DNA of 26,489 nucleotides, taken from NCBI GenBank assembly GCA_033763905.1, contig JANRJP010000059.1, positions 1 to 26,489 of the forward strand, written 5' to 3'. This document shows, in pieces, positions 15,879-24,239 of the stretch. A model generated the notes under the pieces. That model was not told where the DNA came from, did no database searches, and saw only the letters and a program-made list of their open reading frames with translations. This DNA is from Gemmatimonadaceae bacterium (GTDB taxonomy: Bacteria > Gemmatimonadota > Gemmatimonadetes > Gemmatimonadales > Gemmatimonadaceae). The position numbers and the translations under genes are program-made. How positions within the stretch are numbered: position 1 is the stretch's first letter; the number at the start of each line of letters is the position of its first letter.

Positions 15879-17411
15879 ATGTCCTCGATCGACCTGCTCC
15901 CCCACCCGATTCTCGTCCTCGACGACGAGTGGCGCCTTCGGCACGCCAATCCGGCGGCAGAGGCGCTGCTGACCAAGCACAGCGGAATCGGCGACTCGGT
16001 GTTCCGCTGTCTTCCCGCGTTGCAGGATGTGGCGATCGAGCGGCTCTTCCGGCAGGTGCGGAGCACGGGGCAGTCGGATCGCACCGTGTTGCACCCGCCC
16101 GAGGGAAGCGCGCTCCTGGGGGCGCACGACGTGCACGCGGCCCCGGTGGCGCGCGGGTTGGTCGTGGAACTGCGGGCGCGGGCGCCGCTGTCCCAGGTGA
16201 CGACACCAGAGGAAGCCTCTCGGCTGGGCGAGGCGCTGGTCGAAGCGGGGATGGCGCTGGCGTCGGCACTGGATCTCGAGCACGTGCTGCGCGTCGTCGT
16301 CGATTCCGCCCGCGAGCTGCTCGATGCCAAGTACGCCGCGCTGGGTGTGCTCAACGCCGAAGGCAACGGGTTGGCAGACTTCATCTTCGCGGGAATGACA
16401 CCTGAGCAGCAGGCCCGGATGCCCCACAAGCCCCGCGGCCGCGGCATTCTCGGCTTGCTCATTTCCGACGCACGAACGATCCGCCTCAAGGATCTCAACG
16501 AGCATCCGCAGGCCGTCGGCTTCCCGACCGATCACCCCGGTATGAAGTCGTTCCTGGGCGCTCCGGTGTCGAGCCGCGGTCGGATTTTTGGCAACCTGTA
16601 CGTCACCGAAAAGAACGGCGCCGAGGAGTTCAGCGAAGCCGATCTCGCGATCGTGCGCACGCTGGCGGCACAAGCGGCGATCGCGATCGAGAATGCCGAA
16701 CTGCGCCGTGAGCGCGACCGCTTCTTTGCGGCGGCGAGTCACGAACTGGGCAACGCGGTCACCGGCGCCCGAATGTGGGCGCGACTGCTCGCGCAGAATC
16801 CGCCGGAGACGCGCGAGCAGTGGCTGTCCGGTTTGCGCAAGATGATCAGCGGCACCGAGCACGCCGGTCGGTTGATTGACGACTTGCTGTCGACCTCGCG
16901 GTTGAACGAACGTCGGCTATCGCTTGCCTCGTCTGAGGTTGATCTCGGCGAGCTCGTCGTCGACGTGGTGGCCCATCTCGAGCCAGAGGCGGAAGAAGGC
17001 CTGCTGACCGTCGTCGTGAAGGGAGCCGGGAGCTATCCCGTCCGAACCGACCCGGTGCGCGTGCGACAGATTCTCGTGAACCTGCTCGCGAACGCGCTCA
17101 AGTTCACGCCGCCGGGTGGCCGAATCGAAATGAAGCTCGAGCGCCTGCCGGATGGCGGTGTGGCCGTGGCGGTGAAAGACGAAGGCCCGGGCATTGCCGA
17201 GGAGGACCTGGAGCGCATCTTCCGCCCGTTCGAGCAAGTCACGGGGATCGCGAAGGGCCGCGGCTCCGGACTTGGGCTGCCACTCTCGCGTCAACTCGCG
17301 CAGATGCTGGGCGGCACGCTCGAGACGCAGAGTGCGCACGGATTCGGCGCCACCTTCACGCTGCGCCTGCCCGTCGAGATGCCCGAGCGCGAGGACGCGC
17401 GCGGCGCCTAA
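15879..17411 (+). CDS. PAS-GAF-HisKA-HATPase sensor kinase with DosS/DosT-like (heme) GAF
   Basis: PAS-like start PILVLDDEWRLRHANPAAE; GAF GRGILGLL...HPQAVGFPTDHPGMKSFLGAPV...FGNLYVTEK; H-box SHEL; N box NLLANALKFT; DEGPGI; GSGLGL. Confidence 0.92.
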   Translation: MSSIDLLPHPILVLDDEWRLRHANPAAEALLTKHSGIGDSVFRCLPALQDVAIERLFRQVRSTGQSDRTVLHPPEGSALLGAHDVHAAPVARGLVVELRARAPLSQVTTPEEASRLGEALVEAGMALASALDLEHVLRVVVDSARELLDAKYAALGVLNAEGNGLADFIFAGMTPEQQARMPHKPRGRGILGLLISDARTIRLKDLNEHPQAVGFPTDHPGMKSFLGAPVSSRGRIFGNLYVTEKNGAEEFSEADLAIVRTLAAQAAIAIENAELRRERDRFFAAASHELGNAVTGARMWARLLAQNPPETREQWLSGLRKMISGTEHAGRLIDDLLSTSRLNERRLSLASSEVDLGELVVDVVAHLEPEAEEGLLTVVVKGAGSYPVRTDPVRVRQILVNLLANALKFTPPGGRIEMKLERLPDGGVAVAVKDEGPGIAEEDLERIFRPFEQVTGIAKGRGSGLGLPLSRQLAQMLGGTLETQSAHGFGATFTLRLPVEMPEREDARGA

Positions 17412-17412
17412 G

Positions 17413-18813
17413 ATGGCGGCCGTGTTGTGGGATCGTCACTGGGACGAGCGCCTCGCCCGGCGCTCGGACACCGTGCTCGTCGCCGACGGTCGCGTGTGGA
17501 CCGGACGCGAACTCGTCGCGCTGGCTGACGTACTCCGCCGCGCGCTGGAGCAGGCCGGCCTGCGGCTCGATGATCGGGTGGTGCTTGCGCTGCCGTCCGG
17601 GGCCTCCCTGATCGCCGCCCTCGTCGCGTGCACGATGAACGGCGCTGTGATTGCGCCGATCGCGCCTGAGCTTGGCATCGAGATCGCACTCGACGCCGTT
17701 GCCGCGGACGCGGTCATCGCGAGCGCGCCGCAGGACATCGCGGGCATCGTGTGGCGCGACGTGGCGCCGGGCCTCGCGTTGGGGACGCGTGCGCGCCCAC
17801 AGCGCGACGTGACATCCGCCGACGCGGCGCTGGGCCGCTGGGTGCTGTCCACGAGTGGGTCGTCGGGAGAGCCGCGCTGGATTTCCTGCAGCGATGCCGC
17901 GGTCGAGAGTGTGCTTGCGAGCCACCGCGCCGCGTTGGGTAGCGGACCGGCGCGGCTGCTGAGCGCGTTACCCTGGCATCACGCCTTCGGTTTGGTGCTC
18001 GACCTGCTGCTTGGGCTGCAGGACGGCGCGCTGATCGTGCGCGAGGCGTCCGGTGGCCGCGATGCCGCGTCGATGGTGCACACGGCGCGCGCGTTCGACA
18101 CGACGCGCCTCAATGCCGTGCCGGCAACGATCACGCGGCTCTTGGGCCATCCCGACGGCCGCGCGCTGCTCGCGCAGTGTACCAGCGGGATCATCGGAGG
18201 AGCGCCGATCACCGCGCGACTGGCCGCGTCGCTGCAGGGGACGCGCCTGCGCGTGGGCTATGGACAGACGGAAGCCGCGCCCGGCATCACCCTCGGCGCA
18301 CCGGGCGAGTTTCGCGAGCGATGGATCGGTCGGCCGCTGGGGTGTGAGGTCGTGTCTATCGAGGGCCGCCTTCATTTCCGCGGCGCAAATGCGCCGGTGG
18401 GTCGCTGGGCGTCCGGGCGCTTCGTCGCGAACCCGAATCGCAGCGACTGGCAGGACACCGGCGACGTCGTCTCCGCGGACGCCGACGGCTGGCGCTTCGA
18501 GGGCCGAGCCTCCGACGACTTCAAGTTGTCGAACGGTCGCTGGGTCGCGGCGGCGCAACTCGAAGCGGCGATCCGTGCATCGACCGGTGCGGAGGAGGCG
18601 CTGTTGTGGTCGATCGACGGCGAGTCGATCAACTGCGCGGTGACGGCGCCGCGATCCTTCGACGACGACGCGGTCCGTCGCGTGCTCGGCTCGCTGGCCT
18701 CGCGGGTGCCGCGCATTCATCGTGTCCCCGCCACCGCGTGGTCGCGCACCCCCAAGGGCGATGTCGACCGTCGGCGACCGCCAGCGGTCCCGGGACCTAC
18801 GCCCGTCGGGTGA
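17413..18813 (+). CDS. AMP-binding (ANL superfamily) acyl-CoA ligase-like protein, divergent (466 aa)
   Basis: STSGSSGEPR, LPWHHAFG, GYGQTE, TGD and GRASDDFKLSNG; starts 1 nt after the kinase stop. Confidence 0.82.
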   Translation: MAAVLWDRHWDERLARRSDTVLVADGRVWTGRELVALADVLRRALEQAGLRLDDRVVLALPSGASLIAALVACTMNGAVIAPIAPELGIEIALDAVAADAVIASAPQDIAGIVWRDVAPGLALGTRARPQRDVTSADAALGRWVLSTSGSSGEPRWISCSDAAVESVLASHRAALGSGPARLLSALPWHHAFGLVLDLLLGLQDGALIVREASGGRDAASMVHTARAFDTTRLNAVPATITRLLGHPDGRALLAQCTSGIIGGAPITARLAASLQGTRLRVGYGQTEAAPGITLGAPGEFRERWIGRPLGCEVVSIEGRLHFRGANAPVGRWASGRFVANPNRSDWQDTGDVVSADADGWRFEGRASDDFKLSNGRWVAAAQLEAAIRASTGAEEALLWSIDGESINCAVTAPRSFDDDAVRRVLGSLASRVPRIHRVPATAWSRTPKGDVDRRRPPAVPGPTPVG

Positions 18814-19171
18814 CGCGCACCCCGTAGCGGTGCGACTCGCGCACGTCGATCGCCGTCAACAGGGGGAGCCACGGCGCGAGGCGCGACATCAGCCACGCCG
18901 CCACGTGCTCGCTCGTCGGGTTGTCGAGCCCGGCCACGTCATTGAGCAGTCGGTGATCGAGCGCCGCAAAGACCTCGCGCTGCCAGACCGCCTCGATCTC
19001 TGCGAAGTCCATCACCCAACCGCTGTGCGGATCGACGGGCCCGGCCACGGTCACGCGCACGTCGAAGGTATGGCCGTGCACCCGCCCGCAGGGATGCTCG
19101 GGCGGCACGTGGGGGAGTCGCCGCGCGCAGGCGAGCGAAAAGTCGACGAAGCACTCCGTTGTCACGCTCAC
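18797..19171 (-). CDS. queD: 6-carboxy-5,6,7,8-tetrahydropterin synthase QueD/PTPS-family protein
   Basis: RLPHVPPEHPCGRVHGH, GWVMDF, LDHRLLND, NPTSE and VRES; GTG overlaps the cydB stop. Confidence 0.85.
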   Translation of the reverse strand: MSVTTECFVDFSLACARRLPHVPPEHPCGRVHGHTFDVRVTVAGPVDPHSGWVMDFAEIEAVWQREVFAALDHRLLNDVAGLDNPTSEHVAAWLMSRLAPWLPLLTAIDVRESHRYGVRVTRRA

Positions 19172-20208
19172 GCTCCTTCCGCGTCACCGAAGGGCCGCGG
19201 ATTTCGCTTGAAGATCCGGAACAAGACCCAGAAGGATGGTACCAGCACGCAGAAGCCGACGCTCAGGCCGATGGCAACCAGCCGTAGTGTCGCCCGCGGC
19301 GAGGCCAGATCGTCGATCGTGCGGTCCGGCGGGACGAAGAACGGCCACTGCACCCACGCCCATCCCCAGACGATGCTGCTCACCTCGAGGACAGCCGCGA
19401 GGCGCGCCACCTCGTAGTAGCGCCTCCACAGCGCCCACGCGGCGACGACCGCCGACGCCGCCGCCATCGCGTGCACCAGGATGGCGCGCTGCGTCTCGAC
19501 CAACCCGTGCCACAGAAACGGGGCATCGGCGCGCGCCATCAGAAGGGCCACGCCGCCCAGCGCGAACACCGCGAGGGCCGCCACGAGCGCTCGACGCCGG
19601 AAGTCTTCACGCAGCGCCTCGTCCGGCGCCTCGATCGTCAGATAGACCGCGGCGAGATACGCAAACAGCGCCAGCACGAACCCGCCGATCGCCCAGGGAA
19701 ACGGCCCAATCCACGGGGCGACGAACCGGCCCCACGCGTCGGGCGCCGTCTGGGCAGCAGCCACGGCGCCCGACAACGCCGCGCCCAGCGTGACGCCCAG
19801 CAAGATGGGCGTCACCAGCGACGCCACCGAAAACACGAGTCCCCATCGGCGTTGCACGTCGTCGCGGCGCGAGTCGTAGGTGCGGAACGTGAACGCCGAT
19901 CCGCGCAACACCACACCGACGAGCATCAGCGAGATCGGGATGTGGAGCGCAATCGCGTACGCGGCAAACGCCGCAGGAAAGCACGTGAAGCACATCACGA
20001 CCACGAGAATCAGCCACACGTGGTTGGCTTCCCAGATCGGCCCGATCGCATCAGCGACCAGCTCGCGCTGCGCGTTCCGCCGAGGGCCGCTGGCCATCAA
20101 GTCCCACACGCCGCCCCCGAAGTCGGCCCCGCCGAAGAGCGCATAGGCGTGCAACGCCAGCACCATAATGCCGGCGAGATAGTCCGGCAGGTCGATCCCG
20201 TTGTTCAC
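19168..20208 (-). CDS. cydB: Cytochrome bd ubiquinol oxidase subunit II
   Basis: GADFGGG, IGPIWEANHVWL, FPAAFA and LRGSAFTFR; multiple TMs; GTG at 20208 overlaps the cydA stop. Confidence 0.93.
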   Translation of the reverse strand: MNNGIDLPDYLAGIMVLALHAYALFGGADFGGGVWDLMASGPRRNAQRELVADAIGPIWEANHVWLILVVVMCFTCFPAAFAAYAIALHIPISLMLVGVVLRGSAFTFRTYDSRRDDVQRRWGLVFSVASLVTPILLGVTLGAALSGAVAAAQTAPDAWGRFVAPWIGPFPWAIGGFVLALFAYLAAVYLTIEAPDEALREDFRRRALVAALAVFALGGVALLMARADAPFLWHGLVETQRAILVHAMAAASAVVAAWALWRRYYEVARLAAVLEVSSIVWGWAWVQWPFFVPPDRTIDDLASPRATLRLVAIGLSVGFCVLVPSFWVLFRIFKRNPRPFGDAEGA

Positions 20209-21551
20209 GCGGCCGGCCGCTGCATCGTGCGGAACTCGCGCGTGCCATAGAACTCGCCGCGGGGCCCCGTCCGGATGATCTGACGATAGAGCAACCAGGT
20301 CACGGCAATGCCGAGCAAGACGTACAGGAGCGTGAAGGTCACGAACGGCACGATCAAGCCGGGCACCGGCGTCACGGCGTCGGCCGTCCGCACCAGCCCC
20401 TGCACGATCCACGGCTGGCGCCCGACTTCCGTGACGACCCAGCCGGCCTCGATCGCGATGAATCCGGCGGGTGCCAACAGGCCAAGGACCGTGAGCAGAC
20501 GCCGGCGCTCGACCAACGACCCGCGGCGCATCGCCCACGCCGCCCAGAGGGCCACCAGCGCCATTGCACTGCCCAGCGCCACCATCACTTGGAACGCCAC
20601 GTGCACGACGCGCACGTTCGGCCAGTCCTCGCGCGGGATGCGGTCGAGCCCCGTGACTTCCGCCGAGGGATCGTTGAAGGCGAGGAACGACAATCCACCC
20701 GGGATGTCGAGCGACGCCGCGACGCTGCGGGTGTCGGGATTCGGCCAGCCGCCGATCCGCAACGGTGCCATCCGCGACGTCTCGAAGTGCGCTTCCATCG
20801 CGGCGAGCTTCGCCGGCTGGTACTCGGCGACGTGCTGCCCCGACCAATGCCCGACGATCGGCTGCAACAGCGTCGCCGGAATGCCAACGAGGAGCGCGAC
20901 CCGCAGCGCGCGCTGGTGAAACGGCGCGTCGGGCTCGCGACGCAACAGCCAGGCGTGAATGCCGGCGACGCCCATCCCCGTCGCCGAAAACGCCGCCAGC
21001 GTCATATGCACCGTCTGCGGGAGCGCCGCAGGCGTCATCATCGCCCGGAGCGGATCGATGTTCACCGGTCGGCCGTTCACCAACTCGAACCCGACCGGTG
21101 CGTTCATCCAGGCATTGGCGATCACCACGAAGACGCCGCTCGCCACGCCGCTGAGCGCCACGAGGACGCCCGCGGCGAGATGTGCCGCCGGCGAGATGCG
21201 GGTCCACCCGTAGAGATAGATCCCGAGAAAGATCGCCTCGGTGAAGAAGGCGAATCCTTCGAGCGAGAACGGCATCCCGATGATCGCGCCCGCGTACTCC
21301 ATGAATGCCGGCCACAGCAGACCGAGCTCGAACGACAGCACCGTGCCCGACACCGCACCGACCGCGAAGAGAATCGCGGTGCCTTTCGACCAGCGTTTGG
21401 CCAGCTCCAGATAGATCGCATCGCCGGTGCGACGCCACCGCCACTCGGCCACGACCATCAACACCGGCATCGCGATGCCGACGACGGCAAACAGAATGTG
21501 AAAGGCGAGCGATGTCGCCATTTGTGCGCGGGCCGCGAGCAGATCGGACAT
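20205..21551 (-). CDS. cydA: Cytochrome bd ubiquinol oxidase subunit I (short Q-loop)
   Basis: AFHIL, LEGFAFFTEAIF, NAWM, TVHM, QPAKLAAME, FQVM and EVGRQPW; ATG overlaps the nadC stop. Confidence 0.95.
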   Translation of the reverse strand: MSDLLAARAQMATSLAFHILFAVVGIAMPVLMVVAEWRWRRTGDAIYLELAKRWSKGTAILFAVGAVSGTVLSFELGLLWPAFMEYAGAIIGMPFSLEGFAFFTEAIFLGIYLYGWTRISPAAHLAAGVLVALSGVASGVFVVIANAWMNAPVGFELVNGRPVNIDPLRAMMTPAALPQTVHMTLAAFSATGMGVAGIHAWLLRREPDAPFHQRALRVALLVGIPATLLQPIVGHWSGQHVAEYQPAKLAAMEAHFETSRMAPLRIGGWPNPDTRSVAASLDIPGGLSFLAFNDPSAEVTGLDRIPREDWPNVRVVHVAFQVMVALGSAMALVALWAAWAMRRGSLVERRRLLTVLGLLAPAGFIAIEAGWVVTEVGRQPWIVQGLVRTADAVTPVPGLIVPFVTFTLLYVLLGIAVTWLLYRQIIRTGPRGEFYGTREFRTMQRPAA

Positions 21552-22411
21552 CAGACGAAGTCCAACGCGAGATCCAGCGCCGGCGCACTGTGGGTCAGGG
21601 CACCGCTCGAGATCCAATCGACGCCGGTCTCGGCGATCGCGCGGACCGTGTCGAGTCCCACGCCCCCGGACGCTTCCACCACCGCACGACCCGCGATCAG
21701 CGCCACGCAGGCGCGCATATCGTCGAGCGACATATTGTCGAGCATCACGATGTCCGCACCGGCGGCCAGCGCCAGCTCGACCTGCTCGCGCGTGTCGCAC
21801 TCGACTTCGATCTTGGTGCCGGCGGGCGCCAGCGCCCGCGCCTGCGCGATCGCGGCATCGAGCTGCGTCCCGGCGATCGTGAGATGGTTGTCCTTGATCA
21901 GGACCGCCGCACGCAGATCGAGCCGGTGGTTGGTGCCGCCGCCACAGCGTACCGCGTACTTCTCGAGGACCCGCCAGCCGGGGATCGTCTTGCGGGTATC
22001 CAGAATGCGCGCGCGCGTCCCCTGCGCGGCCGCCACGAGGCGCGACGTCGCCGTCGCCACGCCGCTCAGGTGCATCACGAAATTCAGTGCGGTGCGCTCA
22101 GCCGAGAGCAGCGCGCGCGCGCGACCGTCAAGCGTGATCAGGGTCGTGCCGGCAGCAACGGCAGTGCCATCGGGGACGACGACGTGGGCACGCAGGGCGG
22201 GATCGAGCTGACGAAAGGCCTCGAGGGCGAGCGGCACCCCCGCGATCACACCAGCAGCGCGCGCCACCAGCACCGCGCGGGCGTCAACGTCCGCGGGGAT
22301 CGTCGCCAGCGTCGTGATGTCGTGATGCGCGCCGTCTTCGTCGAGCGCGGCCTGCACGACCGACCGGAGGGTCGCCTCCGACAGCGGAAAGCGGAGCGGC
22401 GACTCGCCCAC
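21551..22411 (-). CDS. nadC: Quinolinate phosphoribosyltransferase (carboxylating nicotinate-nucleotide diphosphorylase)
   Basis: ALDED..DITT, AERTALN, LDTRKT, NHR, LIKDNH, EVEC, MLDN, EASGG and LTHSA; GTG start 4 nt after the nadA stop. Confidence 0.95.
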   Translation of the reverse strand: MGESPLRFPLSEATLRSVVQAALDEDGAHHDITTLATIPADVDARAVLVARAAGVIAGVPLALEAFRQLDPALRAHVVVPDGTAVAAGTTLITLDGRARALLSAERTALNFVMHLSGVATATSRLVAAAQGTRARILDTRKTIPGWRVLEKYAVRCGGGTNHRLDLRAAVLIKDNHLTIAGTQLDAAIAQARALAPAGTKIEVECDTREQVELALAAGADIVMLDNMSLDDMRACVALIAGRAVVEASGGVGLDTVRAIAETGVDWISSGALTHSAPALDLALDFV

Positions 22412-22415
22412 GCGC

Positions 22416-23414
22416 CTACTCGCCGGGATCCGCCGGCGGACGCGTCGGCGTCCCGCCGATCGCGACCATCCGCTCAATTGCGGTGCGCGCGCGCGCCGCC
22501 ACGTCGTCAGGCACCGTGATGCGATGGGTCAGCGTCTCGAGGGCGTGCTTCACCTTGGGCAGCGTGGTGACCTTCATATACGCGCACACGGCGTGCTCAT
22601 TGGCCGCGATGAAGCGCTTGGCGGGGTTCGCGCGCTGGAGCCGATGCAGGATGCCTGTCTCGGTCGCCACGATGAACGTGTCGGCCGAGCTCTTCGCCGG
22701 TCGCTGAATCATTCCCTCGGTCGAGAGAATGTGCGCACCCGCGGGGTCGACGTCGCCCGCCGAGATCGCTTCCACGACGCTCGTAGCGCAGCCGCATTCG
22801 GGGTGCACCAGAAACTCGGCCCCGGGGTGCGCAGCGCGTTGCCGGCTGATGTGTTCGGGATCGATCCCCGCGTGCACGTGACACTCGCCCATCCAGACGC
22901 GAATGTTCTCGCGACCGGTGACGCGACGCACGTGGGCCCCGAGGAACATGTCCGGCAGGAAGAGAATCTCCCGCTCCGGGGGAATGGCGTTGATCACCTC
23001 GACCGCGTTCCCCGACGTACAGCAGTAGTCGCTCTCGGCCTTCACGTCGGCCGTGGTATTCACGTAGGCGACGACGACGGCGCCGGGGTGCTCGGCCTTC
23101 CACGCGCGCAACTGGGCCGCGTCGATCGTGCTCGCGAGCGAGCATCCGGCGGCCAGATCCGGGAGGAGCACGGTCTTTTCTGGCGACAGGATGGCCGCCG
23201 TTTCGGCCATAAAGTGAACACCGCAGAATACGATGACATCGGCGTCCGTCCGGGCGGCCTCCCGCGACAGACCGAGCGAATCTCCGACGAAGTCGGCGAC
23301 GTCCTGGATTTCCGGACGCTCGTAGTTGTGCGCGAGGATGACTGCACGCCGGTCGGCCGCGAGGGCCCGAATCTCGCGCTGTAGGGCGCTATGGGGTTCG
23401 GAGAACGTGACCAT
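22416..23414 (-). CDS. nadA: Quinolinate synthase A
   Basis: ILAHNY, GDSL, FCGVHFMAE, AGCSLA, YVNT, CTS, GECHVH, HPEC, ST and CAYMK, with three Fe-S cysteines. Confidence 0.96.
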   Translation of the reverse strand: MVTFSEPHSALQREIRALAADRRAVILAHNYERPEIQDVADFVGDSLGLSREAARTDADVIVFCGVHFMAETAAILSPEKTVLLPDLAAGCSLASTIDAAQLRAWKAEHPGAVVVAYVNTTADVKAESDYCCTSGNAVEVINAIPPEREILFLPDMFLGAHVRRVTGRENIRVWMGECHVHAGIDPEHISRQRAAHPGAEFLVHPECGCATSVVEAISAGDVDPAGAHILSTEGMIQRPAKSSADTFIVATETGILHRLQRANPAKRFIAANEHAVCAYMKVTTLPKVKHALETLTHRITVPDDVAARARTAIERMVAIGGTPTRPPADPGE

Positions 23415-23471
23415 ATGATTAATCTAGCCGAAGGTCTTGCCATCAGGTGGCTCGGAAAGTGAATTGAGGGT

Positions 23472-24239
23472 ATGACGATCCAAGTGCAAGAGAACTCCAC
23501 CGCGACCCGTGCGCTGACCGTGCTCGTCGTTGACGACGACGCCGGCGCACGCGAATTGATCCGGCTCGCGCTCGAACCGCTCGGCGTATCGGTCACCGAA
23601 GCGGGGACGGCCAGCGAGGCATTGACCAGTGCTGCCGTGCACGAGCCGAATGTGGTGGTGCTTGACCTCGGGTTGCCGGACCGGCACGGCCTCGATGTGC
23701 TCCGTGACCTGCGGCGCGAGTCGCAGGCCGCCGTCATCGTCTTCTCGGGGTCGAGCGCGGAGGAAGACAAGATCGCGCTCCTCGATGCCGGGGCCGACGA
23801 CTACCTCGTCAAGCCAATCGGGATCGCCGAGCTGCAGGCCCGGTTTCGGGCGCACGCGCGTCGTCTCGAAAGCGAAGCGCGCGCCGCGGACGAATTCGCG
23901 GTGTCGATCGGTGGCGTCACGGTGGATCTGCTGCGCCGCCGCGTCACGCGCGATGGCCGCGACGTTCGATTGACCCCCACGGAGTGGTCCCTGCTCCGCG
24001 TGCTCGCGCGGCACGCCGGCGAGTTCCTGTCGGCGGATCGGCTGTGGACCGAAGTGTGGGACCGCGAGTTCGGTGACGCGCGCCTGAACGTGCGGGTGCA
24101 CGTCTCGCACCTGCGCCGCAAGATCGAACCCGATCCCTCGCATCCGGTCCTTCTCGTCAGCGAACCCAAGCTCGGCTATACCTTCCGCGTCCCGTCACCG
24201 CAGATGGGCGCGCCGCGGTCGGCCACGACCGAGGAATGA
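23472..24239 (+). CDS. OmpR/KdpE-family response regulator (REC + winged helix)
   Basis: LVVDDD, LDLGLPD, LDAGADDYLVKP, LTPTEW and VHVSHLRRKIEPDP...GY. Confidence 0.93.
   Translation: MTIQVQENSTATRALTVLVVDDDAGARELIRLALEPLGVSVTEAGTASEALTSAAVHEPNVVVLDLGLPDRHGLDVLRDLRRESQAAVIVFSGSSAEEDKIALLDAGADDYLVKPIGIAELQARFRAHARRLESEARAADEFAVSIGGVTVDLLRRRVTRDGRDVRLTPTEWSLLRVLARHAGEFLSADRLWTEVWDREFGDARLNVRVHVSHLRRKIEPDPSHPVLLVSEPKLGYTFRVPSPQMGAPRSATTEE

Noticed and set aside
17194..17412. N-terminal extensions in the ORF track (AMP-binding protein; likewise fusA2, rho, dipeptidase, acyl-CoA dehydrogenase, cydA, nadC)
   Set aside because: They overlap neighbouring genes or promoters and lack homology-like sequence; downstream starts fit RBS or coupling signals better.
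19168..21588. 806-aa ORF suggesting a giant CydB fusion
   Set aside because: The first 460 codons are an alternative frame over cydA. CydB homology starts at the GTG at 20208, which overlaps the cydA stop.
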